Below, piece by piece: positions 1 to 11,400 of a stretch of DNA of 64,000 nt. The notes below the pieces were generated by a model. That model was not told where the DNA came from. It searched no databases and worked only from the letters and a program-made list of their open reading frames with translations. Both the position numbers and the translations under genes were made by a program. Every line of letters begins with the position of its first letter. Positions within the stretch are counted from its first letter, which is position 1. This DNA comes from Moniliella sp. 'wahieum' (lineage: Eukaryota), in NCBI GenBank assembly GCA_003971905.1, contig RSEE01000139.1, positions 1-64,000 on the forward strand, given 5' to 3'.

Positions 1-1436
1 TCTCTCTCGTTTTTGTCCTCCTTTTTCCTTTTCGCACACACACAGCACAGATCCGGTTTGGTTTGCTTGTTTGTTGGTTTGCTGGTTGGTTTGTTTTTTT
101 GCACTTGGCCCACACGTTTTCACCCCCTTCCCTCCCCCTGCCCCTCCCCCCTCCAGACGTCTAGACACCTACCTTACCCCCCTCCCTACCCTCGAACAAT
201 TTCACTGGCTTGCTTTTCCTCACCGCGTGGCCCCGCCTCCCGTCCCACGGATCAGATCATCGAAGCATCCCGCTTGGGCTCATAGTTCTTCAGGCCAGAT
301 ACCGTGCCCTCGAGGATCTGTGTGCTTCCCTGTCCCCATTCGCATAAGTATTCCTATTCGTATTCGGTTTGGGATTGGGATTATCCGAGACGCAAGACCA
401 AGCCCAAGCTCAAGCCCAAGACGCACAAGCCCAACATGCTACAGCTAGCCTGCTACAACACCCCCAGCGCCAAACAACGATGATGCAATAGGGACTGAGT
501 GGGGATTCGGTAGCGTTGGCTGTACTGCAATAGATGGAACGGTACAAAAAACAGGTGCGAGGATAGCTTAGCAATAGCAGTAGCATGGCATGGCAATGGC
601 ATAGCGTAGATCCAATGGGTGGGAATCGGCGGCAGGCGGTGTGCGGGGGGCGTAGCAGAGGTAAGGTTCAAGACGTACGTTCAAGGGCTTACAGGGTTTA
701 CTTGCCCAGAGGTCACGAACAAAAAAACAGGTGGCAAAAGGAATCGATCACGCGAAGCCCTCATTGAGGTTTCGGAAAATCAAGATGAGCGCCCAGACTG
801 GGCATTCATGATCGCAACTGCGATAATACTACGTGACCTGACAGCGTAGAAACGTGCGTATTTATAGAGGGATGGGATATTTCCTGCTATACCAGTTTCT
901 CTGCTAGATGTGTACTGTTCGTCCGGAGAGACGTTGGGTGCGCCCTGACACGTGGCTTTCTTGCCGCAATGGCTGGCTCCACTCGACCTGACGCTCCAAC
1001 CTTCATTGCATACACTCTCGATTAACGATGGCCCTTCAAGCTTCTGCAACCTGTCGGACTTTCTCAATGAGTCAATCTCTGCGCCTGCTCTCATACGCGT
1101 GCGCGTTCTCCTTCGAGTCCCATCATGCCACACTTGACTTGCATGGGACGATTACTATCGGAGTATTCTCCACATGTGCTTGCCACCCCTTACTTGCCAA
1201 AACGTACGCCACACTAGCAGCCAGACAATGCGGGTTCTCCCTTCCAGGGCATGGGCATGCAATGGCGGTACCTAAGATATGTAATCCATCCTCGAAGAAG
1301 CTCCGTGCTCATCACCGATCCATGACCCCACATGACAAAAAAGAGAAGCAAAACAGAGAGAGGCAGGTTGGAAGTTGCGGAGATGTTCCATCAGTGATAA
1401 CATGGCACCATGGTACCCTGTTACTCTGTTACCCTG

Positions 1437-2715
1437 TTACCACCCCTCCAATGGTCGTTCCACCACAAGCGCCACATTATCGATTTGATGTCCCCACCAT
1501 CCTCTTCAAACATGAGTTGGTAGGTGGACGAAAGCCGATCTAGATCGCTTTGGTGGGTCTGCTGGCGCATCAGCCCGTCGGCCCTCTCACCCAACCCCCC
1601 ACTGAAAGAAGTACGTACCTTGCCTGTAGGCCCTCCGCCCATGACGGTGGCAGGGTAGAAGATGGTCGTGTCGGGGTAGACGGCCAAGACTTGTTGTCCC
1701 ATAGCGTACTCCCGCGGTGGGAGCGTCCGGCCCGATTCGGGAGGGGAAGAAGAGTTTCGAGGGTGGTACTGTCGTTTTGCTATGAAATCACGTTAGAGTA
1801 AATCATCATCGCGGGGTTAGGGTAGGGGAAGGGGGGGGGGGAGTTGTACCAGAGCAAGGGAAAAAAGGGACGTACTCGGTATTGTAATCGTCTCTCACCA
1901 CTAGCAATTGTGATCGTTGTGGATACACTCTACCACTGTAGCCATGATCCATTTCTTCCAGCGACGCGGGGTCCCCATTGACCAGAGGCGTACGGAACGC
2001 CACCTTGCGCCCGGGCTGGAGAGGTAGATGGGAGGTATCCTGTTCCCGCTCTGGACGCACTTGGTCGTGAAGCGGGGAAGTGACAGCAGAGTGAACGGCC
2101 GAGGTAGCCCTTTCTGGTCCAGAGGGGCGGTCTGCCACTTTACGCTGTGCTTTCCCGCGCTTGGAAACGGGCGGGTCGGAGGATTGTCCGAGGTGTGGGA
2201 GGCGGAGAGGGACGGGGTGGTGGCAGGGGAAAGCCGTTGGTGCGGGGGGAGGGTCGACTCGCCTCCGTTTACGAACAAGCACGTCGTCGGTGGAGGGAGG
2301 AGTGAGCAAGGCTTGAAGAATGGATACCTTCTCGTACGCATTATCGGACAAGTCGTGGGCTAGCTGCAGACGCGGCCGCAGCTCGGCACGCACGTCGTCC
2401 AGCTGCGATCGGGCCAGGAAGGGTTGGTCACCCGCCATGCCTGGATCCGTTCGTACCGTCCTCGAGTGGCTTGATCTGGTCGCGCAGAACATCAAGTTGG
2501 CGCAGCTGCTCGCGGATCGAAGTCCAGAGCTGGGCTTCCTCAGGGCCAGCTGCAGAAAGGGAAGGAGAATGATTAATGAGCACTGTGAACATGATGGCAG
2601 CCGCCCTGCCTGCTGGGCGGTGTTCTGTTGAGATGCGCCCAGCAACGGCAAGCATCCGAGAGGGAAGGGAAGAAAACAACGCACCATTTCCACGGCTGCG
2701 ACTGCGCAAGCTCAT
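1437..2715 (-). CDS. SGF29: SAGA-associated factor 29 (tandem Tudor, H3K4me reader); spliced, with apparent indel errors
   Basis: Pieces across frames: MSLRSRSRG..., PEEAQLWTSIREQL, LPLQPGRKVAFR...EWIMATVVECI, GQQVLAVYPDTTIFYPATV, TYQLMFEEDG. These match the SGF29 Tudor consensus (VAF..., WI.A.V, VLA.YP.TT.FY.A.V). Both ends are approximate. Confidence 0.85.
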
Positions 2716-4379
2716 GAGGGCACGCGGGTGTGGCGAGTGTCCTCGACCCGGGTGGGGGAAGCAGACGACGATGACAGGACAAAAAGAGTGGTTGGTTGAC
2801 GTGGGCACGGATCTCACTAATTAATTGCATGCATTAATTGCCAGTGTCGTAAGGCCAAGCAAGCCTAAAAAAGCGAATTGGCGCTTTTAAAACCAGCTGC
2901 CCCCCCCTTAGTCGAGAGGATCACTCGTTCGACCGGGCCAAGAGGCACTTCTTGCATTACTTGCTTGGACTTCAAAGTTGAAGCTTTAGTTAAGGAAGGG
3001 TCTAAGGGTCTACCAACAGGTATTATATAGGCGTGCACAACAATGCAACTCGTGCTACCAAAGGCATACGACCAAGTAAGGAGGGAAGAGGGGGGGATCA
3101 GTACTGATCCCTGCGCGCGTATACGCTCCCACGCTCGTACGCTCCCCCTAGTCTGTCCGACCTCCCAATGCTAATGTCCTACGCTGTCCGGATGTTTTCC
3201 TACGGGATCGCCAGGGATCGCCCACAACAGAGAGCACGTATTATACTTGTCTCCCCCCCCATCCCCTCAATACAGCCGCGCTGCACCTGGATGTCGTCCA
3301 CCGGGGCCCCGACATTCAGGAAACACAGTCCAAGCGGGCAGCGGGCGAAAGTGAGAAGAAGAGAGGGCATATATGGAGAGAGGTAAGGAGAGAGGGCCAT
3401 GTGGAGAGAGAGGTGGGGTGGAGAATGGCTGAGAGGTGCTCAGCCCTGAGCCTCAGGACTGAGCCTCAGGCCTCAACTGTATTCCGTACTTGTGCTCCTG
3501 AGGCTCCTGAGGAGCATCGAACTCATTTCTCATCTCAATCCGACGGGGAGAAGTGCTGCGTACCGACACCTGATGATACCCAGTGCGCCCAAGCCTGCCC
3601 CATTCAAAATCAAAGCGTTCAGTTCAGCGTTCAGTTGAAAGTTCAGGCGCTCAGGGCTGAGCCTCAGCTCACAGCAGGCTTATAGCTTCAGGGTGTATAC
3701 AAGTTCACTGTTTTCAACTCAACGAACGTTTTGTTCCTGTCCCGTCGAGTTCAACGTCCCACGTTCCACCTTCAACCTTAGCGTTCGTTCAACGTACTGG
3801 CCTTCAGATCTCAGAGACCGACGGGTGGCACCGACGCATGGACACTGATACTGAGTATTACTGACTTCAAGCATCCAGCTTCAAGCTTCTAGCTTCAAGA
3901 GCTTAGTATATCTATCGCCTGCTATAGCTTCAAACTTACAATCGACACACCCCAGGCCGAGGCCCGAGGAAGAGACTGTGAGAACCGGCTGCAGTGGGCC
4001 GGCACGGCACGGCATTGACACGCCATCAATTCCATTGCAGGTCCCAAGTTCCCAGTTCCAAGTTCCAAGTTCCAGGTTGCATCATAGTCGGTGCGGGCAT
4101 CGCGGGCGCATGGAGTGCCCCCTGTGGGCATCGATCTCGATCATGCCATCAAGCCAGCATGTTCTTGCATCGTAGCATCTATACGACCCTGCAAGCCTTC
4201 ACGTTCCCCAACACACGCAGGCCGGCAGGCAGGTGGGAAGCAGGTCCCGCTCTAAGAACGCAGCTGACGCAGGGACAGCGGGCAAGCAGAATGAGATCCA
4301 AGGTCTACGATCTAAGATCTAAGAGCCAAGATCCAAGATCCAAGATCCCAGATCGATCGAGAGTCAATGGGAGCTAGGG

Positions 4380-5220
4380 ACTAGTTCAGTTCGTCGGAAG
4401 GGAAGGGAAGCGATGGAAGGAATAGGGAGAGAGAAAGGAGCGAGCGAGCGAACGGCAAGAACGCGGTAAGGCCTCAGGCAGCAACAGACTGAAGCAGCAC
4501 AACGAAAGAGAAAGGAAAAGGGACAAGAGACAGGAAAAGGCGACGGACAGGAAAGCGAAGCAAGTGTCGGGTCAAAAGGCAAGTCAAGTCACAGGGCGAG
4601 TCAAGCCAAGGCGAGAGGCGAGAGGAGAGGCAAGAGGCGAGAGGCGAGAACAGAGAGTGTCTGCGGGTTGGTCGTGGAGATCCAACGAGGAAACAAACGC
4701 ACACAACAACCGTCGAATAGAAATGGGTAAGGAGAAAAAGAGAAAAGAAAAGAGAGAGACCGGAATACAAAACTACTACATAGCGTTTAGTAATACGGGT
4801 AGAAATACGGGAAGTGGTGGAAGTGGAAGTGGTGGTGGAAATGGTGAAGGCGAAGGTGGTGGGGGGTAGGTTACCAAGGTACAGGTCTGCCGAGTACGTG
4901 CCCCCCCACAAAACGGGTCAGGTTTTGGTGGAGGGGTGATAGGACCACACAGAGATGGGGGAGATGGGAATCAATAAGGTGTCGCAAGTCGGGCCCTTGG
5001 ACCTCCGTGGGCCAAAAGGCCGCGGGACCCAAGTGCGGGACAAGGACCGAAGCGGGCAAACATGGAGAGGGGAAGCCTAGAGGGGAAAAGGAAAGAAAGG
5101 AGAGAGAACGAGTGGAAGAAAAAAGGAAAAAAGACAAAAGCAGGGAGAGGGATGAGAGGGGAGAGGGGAGAGGGGGGATCCACCAGCTTAAGAAAGAAGA
5201 AAGAAAAAAGAAAAAACGGT
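4380..5220 (+). repeat. Purine-rich (GA) low-complexity tract, pyrimidine-rich on the PMA sense strand
   Basis: Long runs such as gaaaagagaaaggaaaaggg, gaggcgagaggagaggcaagagg and aagaaagaagaaagaaaaaagaaaaa. Confidence 0.7.
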
Positions 5221-5339
5221 GCGTGCGGGTGGGGGTAGCGGGGCAAGTGGGGCAGGGCGGGGCGCAACGCAACGACGCCACAACCACACGAGCCATTAAA
5301 GCGAGACGTGAGCCCGCGCAGGACGAAGCCAAAGGGCAG

Positions 5340-8300
5340 TCAAGTCAATAACCGACCGCCAAAAAAGCATAGTAGGCACTTGAGTTGGACGCAAGTGCCT
5401 GACGTGCGCGACGACTGAGCAGCGGAAAGGGGGATCCGTTTACCCTCCTCGTCCACCTCGAGACGAGTGGCGAACGAGTAAATGTCGGGCTCGCCCTCCT
5501 CCGACTTCTCGTGGACGACAGTAAGGCGCTGGAGGTTGGTGAAGAAGTCTTCCAGCACCTCGTTCTTGGTCGAGCGAACGCGACGGCCCATACGGTTGAT
5601 CCACTCGAGCTTGTTCAGCACGTAGTACACGACGGTAATGATGATCGTCACACCAATCGAGTAGGCCCAGACACGCACAACGGTAACCACGTCGGTCCAG
5701 TTGTGCTTGTTGTGGCGCAAGCGAGGCGAGTGGATGTACTTGGCAATGGGGCCACCGAGCCAGCCAAACAGAGTGAAGAGCGTAGCAAGCGCATCGACAC
5801 CGAGAATGGCACCAACAAGCTCCCAGGAGGGAATGGTGTTCTCGTCCGAAGTGCCCGAGCCAAGACGCGTGACAAAGATGAGCCAGTTCTCCGTGAGCGA
5901 AACCTCAAGAAGAGGATAAGCTGCACGTTACCGAAGTTCTGCACGATACCACCGTTGGGAAGGAAGAGGGTGCCACGGACAATCCAGGTACCAGCAGCAA
6001 GCAGCGCACCAAGGATGGTCGAGATAACCCAAATCTTCGGCAGCTGCCACTCGACGGGCTCCTTGGCAGCAGGGCATTGTCGTACGCAATGGCAATGGTG
6101 GCCAAGTCGGCAAAGAGAGCAATGAAGACAATCAGGTCGGCGCGGATCACCTCGTCACGGATGCAGATCGACAGAAGCAGGTAGATCTCAAGGTGGAGAC
6201 AGAGCGAGATACGGTACTGAATGTAAGCCTTCATACGGTGGAAAATCTGGCGAGCGACCTTGATCGAGGTGATGATGGTCGACAGGCCCTCGTCGAGGAA
6301 CACGACGTCAGCAGCCGAGCGAGCAGCGTCCGAAGCACCCTCCACAGCAATACCACAGTCAGCCTTCTTGAGCGAGGGAGCGTCATTGACACCGTCACCC
6401 GTCATGGCAACCAAGTGACCACGGTGCTGGAGCATCTCGACGACCTGGTACTTGTGCTCAGGGAACACCTCAGCGAAACCGTCGGCAGCCTCAATAAAGT
6501 CGTGAATGGCCGAGCCAGCAAGACCGCCCGAGCCAATCAGGCGCTGCGAGTCGTACACCTTGGTGCCGAGCGAAAGCATCTTGCAAGTCTCCTTAGCAAT
6601 AGCGACAGCGTCACCCGTAAGCATCTTGACAGCGATACCAAGGTTCTGGGCCTCAGCAATGGTAGCAGCCGTGTCCGAGCGAGGGGGTCAAACATGGGCA
6701 GGAGACCAAGGAGGTGCCACTCGCCATCGTTGATGGCGACACCGAGCGAACGGAAACCACGGGACGCAAAGTCGCCAGCCACCTTGCGGTACTGGGCGCC
6801 TGCTCAGGGTCGGGCTGGCACAGCTTGAGAATAGCGTTGGGGGCACCCTTGGCAGCGATGTACTGCTTGCCGTCCTTCTCAACCTCGGCAGTGATACGCT
6901 TGGAGACGGGGTCGAAGGGAGTGAAGCGGTGGGTGATCCAGCCCGAGGCGAGCTCCTCCTGGGCACCGGGTAGTCCTTAAGGGTCGAGATGGTAACCTTG
7001 TCAATGGGGTCGAGCGACTTGATGTTGTGGGACGAGGCGAGGGCAGCGACAGCCATCATGAAGTTAACGTCGACACCTTCCGAGGTGAAGGGCTCGTGGA
7101 TCGAGAGCTTGTTGGCAGTAAGGGTACCAGTCTTGTCCGAGCAGAGCACGTCGACACCAGCAGCGACTCAATGGCAGTAAGCTTCTGCACAATAGCCTGG
7201 CGCTTGGCAAGGTAGGCAGCACCGACAGCCATGGTGGTGGTGGTAACGCAGGGAAGACCGACGGGCACACCGACAACAAGGAAGATCAGTGTAGGTGAGC
7301 AAGTTGTTCTCCTTGGGCTGAGCAATACCCGTGTGGCGGAAGAAGCCCGAAATCCAGAAACCAACGACGAAGGCCATGACAAGAACCAAAGAGCGGTACC
7401 AATCGAGTCCATGACCTTCTGGAAGTGACCCTGCGACTCACCGCCGAGCACGAGGGCAGCGGTGCGGCCGACGAAAGTCTGCTTGGCAATGTCCGTGCAG
7501 AGGACGAAACCCTTCCCACGCTTGCAGCCAGTGGTGTAGAAGACCGTGTCACCAATGTGCTTGTCAACGGCAAGCGACTCGCCAGTAATGGCCGACTGGT
7601 CGCAAGCAATGATAGCGGGCCTTTGTCGACACCCTCATCGTCGTCGTCATCGTGGGCCGTGGCACGAGCCTTCTCGAGAATAGCGGCAGCCTGAGATCCG
7701 TCCTTGTCCTCGTAGTCAGCCAGCAGGCGACCGTCGCAGGGAACCGTCTGGCCATCCTGAACAATACGATTTCACCGGGGGCGACCTCACGAGCTTCAAT
7801 TTCAACCTCTTGACCGTTGCGAATAACCGTGGCGCGGAGCGCAATGCCCGCCTTGAGCTGAGCGACAATGTCGCCAGCCTGCTTCTCCTGGTACCAACCG
7901 ACGAAGGCGTTCAGGGCCAAGATACCGCAAATGACACCCAAGTCAATCCAGTCACGCAGACCACCGGCAAGAGCGGCAGCCAGCTCCATAACGTAAGAAT
8001 GGGACCCTTGAAGAAACCGAGGAACTTGAGGAAGAGGTTCTCCGACGGGGCCTCGAGCTCATTGTACCCGAACTGGCACGGCGAGTCTGGACGTCCGAGT
8101 CGGACAGACCCTGCTGCATCGAGGTCTCGAGCCTAAAGGAGGGGAAAGAGTTAGCAGGCTGAATGCCAACCCGGGCGAAAAAGAGAGGAGACGTACCAGC
8201 TGGCGGGGACCTTGGCAGCGACGGTCTCCTGCTCGCCGTCCTTGTTGACGCGGATCTCGTGGACCTTCCACGGGCGGAGGAACTCGCGCTTGCGGACGAC

Positions 8301-8426
8301 GGTGATGTTGTTGTCTTGTTCCTCGTCGCCGCTGTGGGCCTTTTGGGCCTTGATGAAGTCGATGAGCGAGGCGTACTCGTCGTTGACCTGGGCCCCGTAG
8401 GAACCCTTGGGCAGGTCGTCGGCCAT
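5340..8426 (-). CDS. PMA1: Plasma-membrane P-type H+-ATPase (P3A)
   Basis: Motifs [10 protein letters not shown] (phosphorylation site), [30 protein letters not shown] and [11 protein letters not shown] at 8426; intron near 8134-8195 (GTACGT...GCTAAC...TTTAG). Several frameshifts; the true stop may be nearer 5440. Confidence 0.95.
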
Positions 8427-11400
8427 GGTTGGCAGAGGGTGGGGTGGGGGAGGGAGGGAGGTGTGCGCGCGAGAAGAACGAGAGGTGAGTCACTGGGTGG
8501 GGGGGTCGCGGCCGGGAGGGCGAGAAGAGGGGCGGGGGTGGAGGGGGGGGGCGAGGCGAGAGAAAGACCAGCAGCGACGGGCGAAGCGAGCCCTTTTAAC
8601 CACGCCGGGAGAAGCGTCTGTGCACCAGACTGCCTCCCCCGCGCACCAGCCTGAACGGCGGCCGGGGCACGCGGGCAGTGTGGGCGAGGGTTTGTTGGGC
8701 GCTGGGCGCTCTGGAGAGTGAATCTGCATTCTGCATTCTGCATCGCCTTGGATTTTGCACTTTGCCTTGCGTCGGCCGGTGGCCTTGCGACGCTGTCTCT
8801 GGCTCGGCCTGTGCGCGGCACCAGCCCAGCCACGCGCGCCCGGCGCATCACCTGTCGGCCTGATCACCCACACACTGCGCTGGCGCCGGCGCAGCACGGG
8901 AGCGCGGCCCAGAGCGCATCCCACCGCGCGCGCTGGCCAAGTGCGATGGGTGGGTTGCGCCCAGCCGCATGCATGGGTATCACTGCATGATCAGCGTGGT
9001 GCCGCTGATCAGCGATGGGGTAGGGTGCATGCAGCAGCATCGTGATCGATGACAGGGATCACACGTACGACACATGACATCACCGCCGCCCTCTGACTCT
9101 GACGCCTGAGGCTCTGGGCGGGCGCCACTAGCCACTAGCCACTAGCCGCAGCCTTCCCGGGGGGCGTGCGGCAGCCGCTCGGCGTAATTCCATGGGCGAG
9201 CGGGATCGCCCGCACCCCCGCCCAGGGAGCGTTGAACGTGAACGTTTGTTGAGCACTGCGCGTTCGGCCCCGCGCCCGCACCGCGCCACTCTTCCGGGAG
9301 CAATGCAGGCCGGGGGCGCCCTGCCGGCCGAGACGGGCGGGGCGCATGCACACCTGAGGCTTGGCTGGCTCCGTGCCCGCTGCTCCCTCCGCACGGCGCC
9401 AGTGCAAGCTCGCGCCCAAGCGGATTCTTTGTCGGGTCGCAGTGGTCAGCATGCACCACGGCCAGCTCCCCCAGTGGCAAGGCGGCTGGGGGGGAGCGTA
9501 ACCGCACAGCGCTCCGGCAAGGCTGATGCACTGATGCACCCCTGACTAGTGACCGGTGACCGGTGACCCCCCGTGCATAGTGGGCAGTACGTTCCGAGGC
9601 CGCGGTGGGAGTGAGTTCGGGATATGAATCTGAGCGCTGAGAGCGCAAGCGAAGGCTGGTGTGGCCGTCGTGTGGGCGCGGCCGGCGCTGGAGGCACGGG
9701 CCCTGTGGAAGGCCTTGGCAGGGGCTGTCGACCAGTGAGCCGTGCGTGACGTCCCCTAGGATCGACATCCGTGCATCAGCCTCTCCCCACGCGCGCGCTG
9801 GGCTGGCCACCGGGCACTGCGCCGCCACTCGGCCACACGCGGCAGGTGGCTGGGATGGGATTGAATGATCGAGGGTTAGGTTGGGTTGTGATCTAGGCTC
9901 TGGCATTGCCTCTCTCGTCTCTCTCTCTCGCTTCCCCAGGCCGCCGTGGGCCGACCTGGGCCGACCAGTCAACGTAGTCAACCCGTCAGTAGAGTATGAA
10001 TCTTGAGTTCACCCGGGACGATGTTCAACCAACCAGGCCGCGCGGCAGCTCAGCGCGTATGACCCCTCCCTGCCGCTCCACCCAGTCAAAACCACAACGT
10101 TCAGCGTTGTCAACGCGTCAGCGTCAACGTGCATCGCTCTCACGTCCACCCTTCCAGCTTCACCGCAGGCCTCGCCGGTCTTTCCGATCATTGATCTGAC
10201 CGATCATTTCGATCATTCCGGCTCGCGGAACGAGTGGTCGATCATCGATCAGATCTCAAAGGAAGCCAGAGCGAAGACGCTGCGTCGTGGCTCCATCGAC
10301 GTTGGATCCAGCTCCTACGTCAAGCTTCAGGCTTCAAGATTGCAGCTATGTAGGTTGTTTGCGCTTCAAACTGAATATTGGCTTTCTGGGCGTGTGCATG
10401 GCTAGCATGAGTAGCATCGCGTTGCACCCATTTTTTCGGAGCCATTCTACCCCCTGCCCTTGCTCTCTTCTTTTCGCTCCGCTCCAGACTCCTTGGCGCC
10501 TTGGCATCTACTTTCCAGAGCGCGCCTGCCCAGCTTGCTCGGCTCGGAGCTCCGCCACATCCCCATATGGCTGTACACACCCTCTTCTCTGTGTATAGGA
10601 AACCGTACGCATAACCGGCATAACGCATCTGCATCGCCGGTACCCCCTTGAAGCGTATAGACTTCACATGTAACTAGTCACACGTGACCGTCACACGTCA
10701 CGGCAGGTGGCGCTGCCGCCTGCTAAATACCTGGTCTCGTTTTCCCGGTTCCCCCCGCCTAGCCGCCGGCCTTCTGCTTGGTACAGCAGCCACTAGTCAT
10801 GCCTCAGGGGCAGCGGCAGTGTGTGGTAGCTGGTACTGCTGCAGCCATGTGTGGCGGGTACCGGTACCCAGCACCGTGACCGGGTGACCGGGCGCCTTGG
10901 TTTCGGTCCTGTCCCATGCACCATGTCCCTCCACTGGCCGCGGCGGCAGCAGCGGCGGTGGAAGCGGTGGCGGCGCCGCGCGTGGCCTGGACCTGAGGCC
11001 TGCGGGAGCGCCGGAGCGCCTGCCTGTACTAACGGGTACTGAGTACTGACTGGGCGCTTGGCTTTTTGGTAGGAGGATCTGACATGCTGACATGCGGATC
11101 TGCTGACATGCATGGCAAGAACAGCGAGCATGCATCATGCATCATGCATATGCAGGTGCAGGTGCATGAGCCTGATGGGTGAGCCAGCGCTCACCGGACC
11201 AGCACACCGGAGATCTGCCGGGCTGAGGACCTAGGATCTGAGGATCTGAGTCCTGCGCTGTGGTTTCGCCTGGGTTGCGGGCGAGGCAAGGATCACTGAC
11301 ACCAGGGTCCCCAGTATCGGCGCAGCTAGTCCCTAGTCCCCCTCGCTGGAAATTCAACATTGCACCTTGCGCATCCCTGAGAAACATGCGTCATGCATCA

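Noticed and set aside
391..437. AAGCCCAAG repeats resembling the element's internal GGGCTTG repeats
   Set aside because: Only a low-complexity similarity with no extended alignment.
1812..1842. G-rich tract containing TTAGGG as an interstitial telomere or G-quadruplex
   Set aside because: It is a single telomeric hexamer that corresponds to the CTAAC branch point and C-rich tract of an SGF29 intron on the minus strand.
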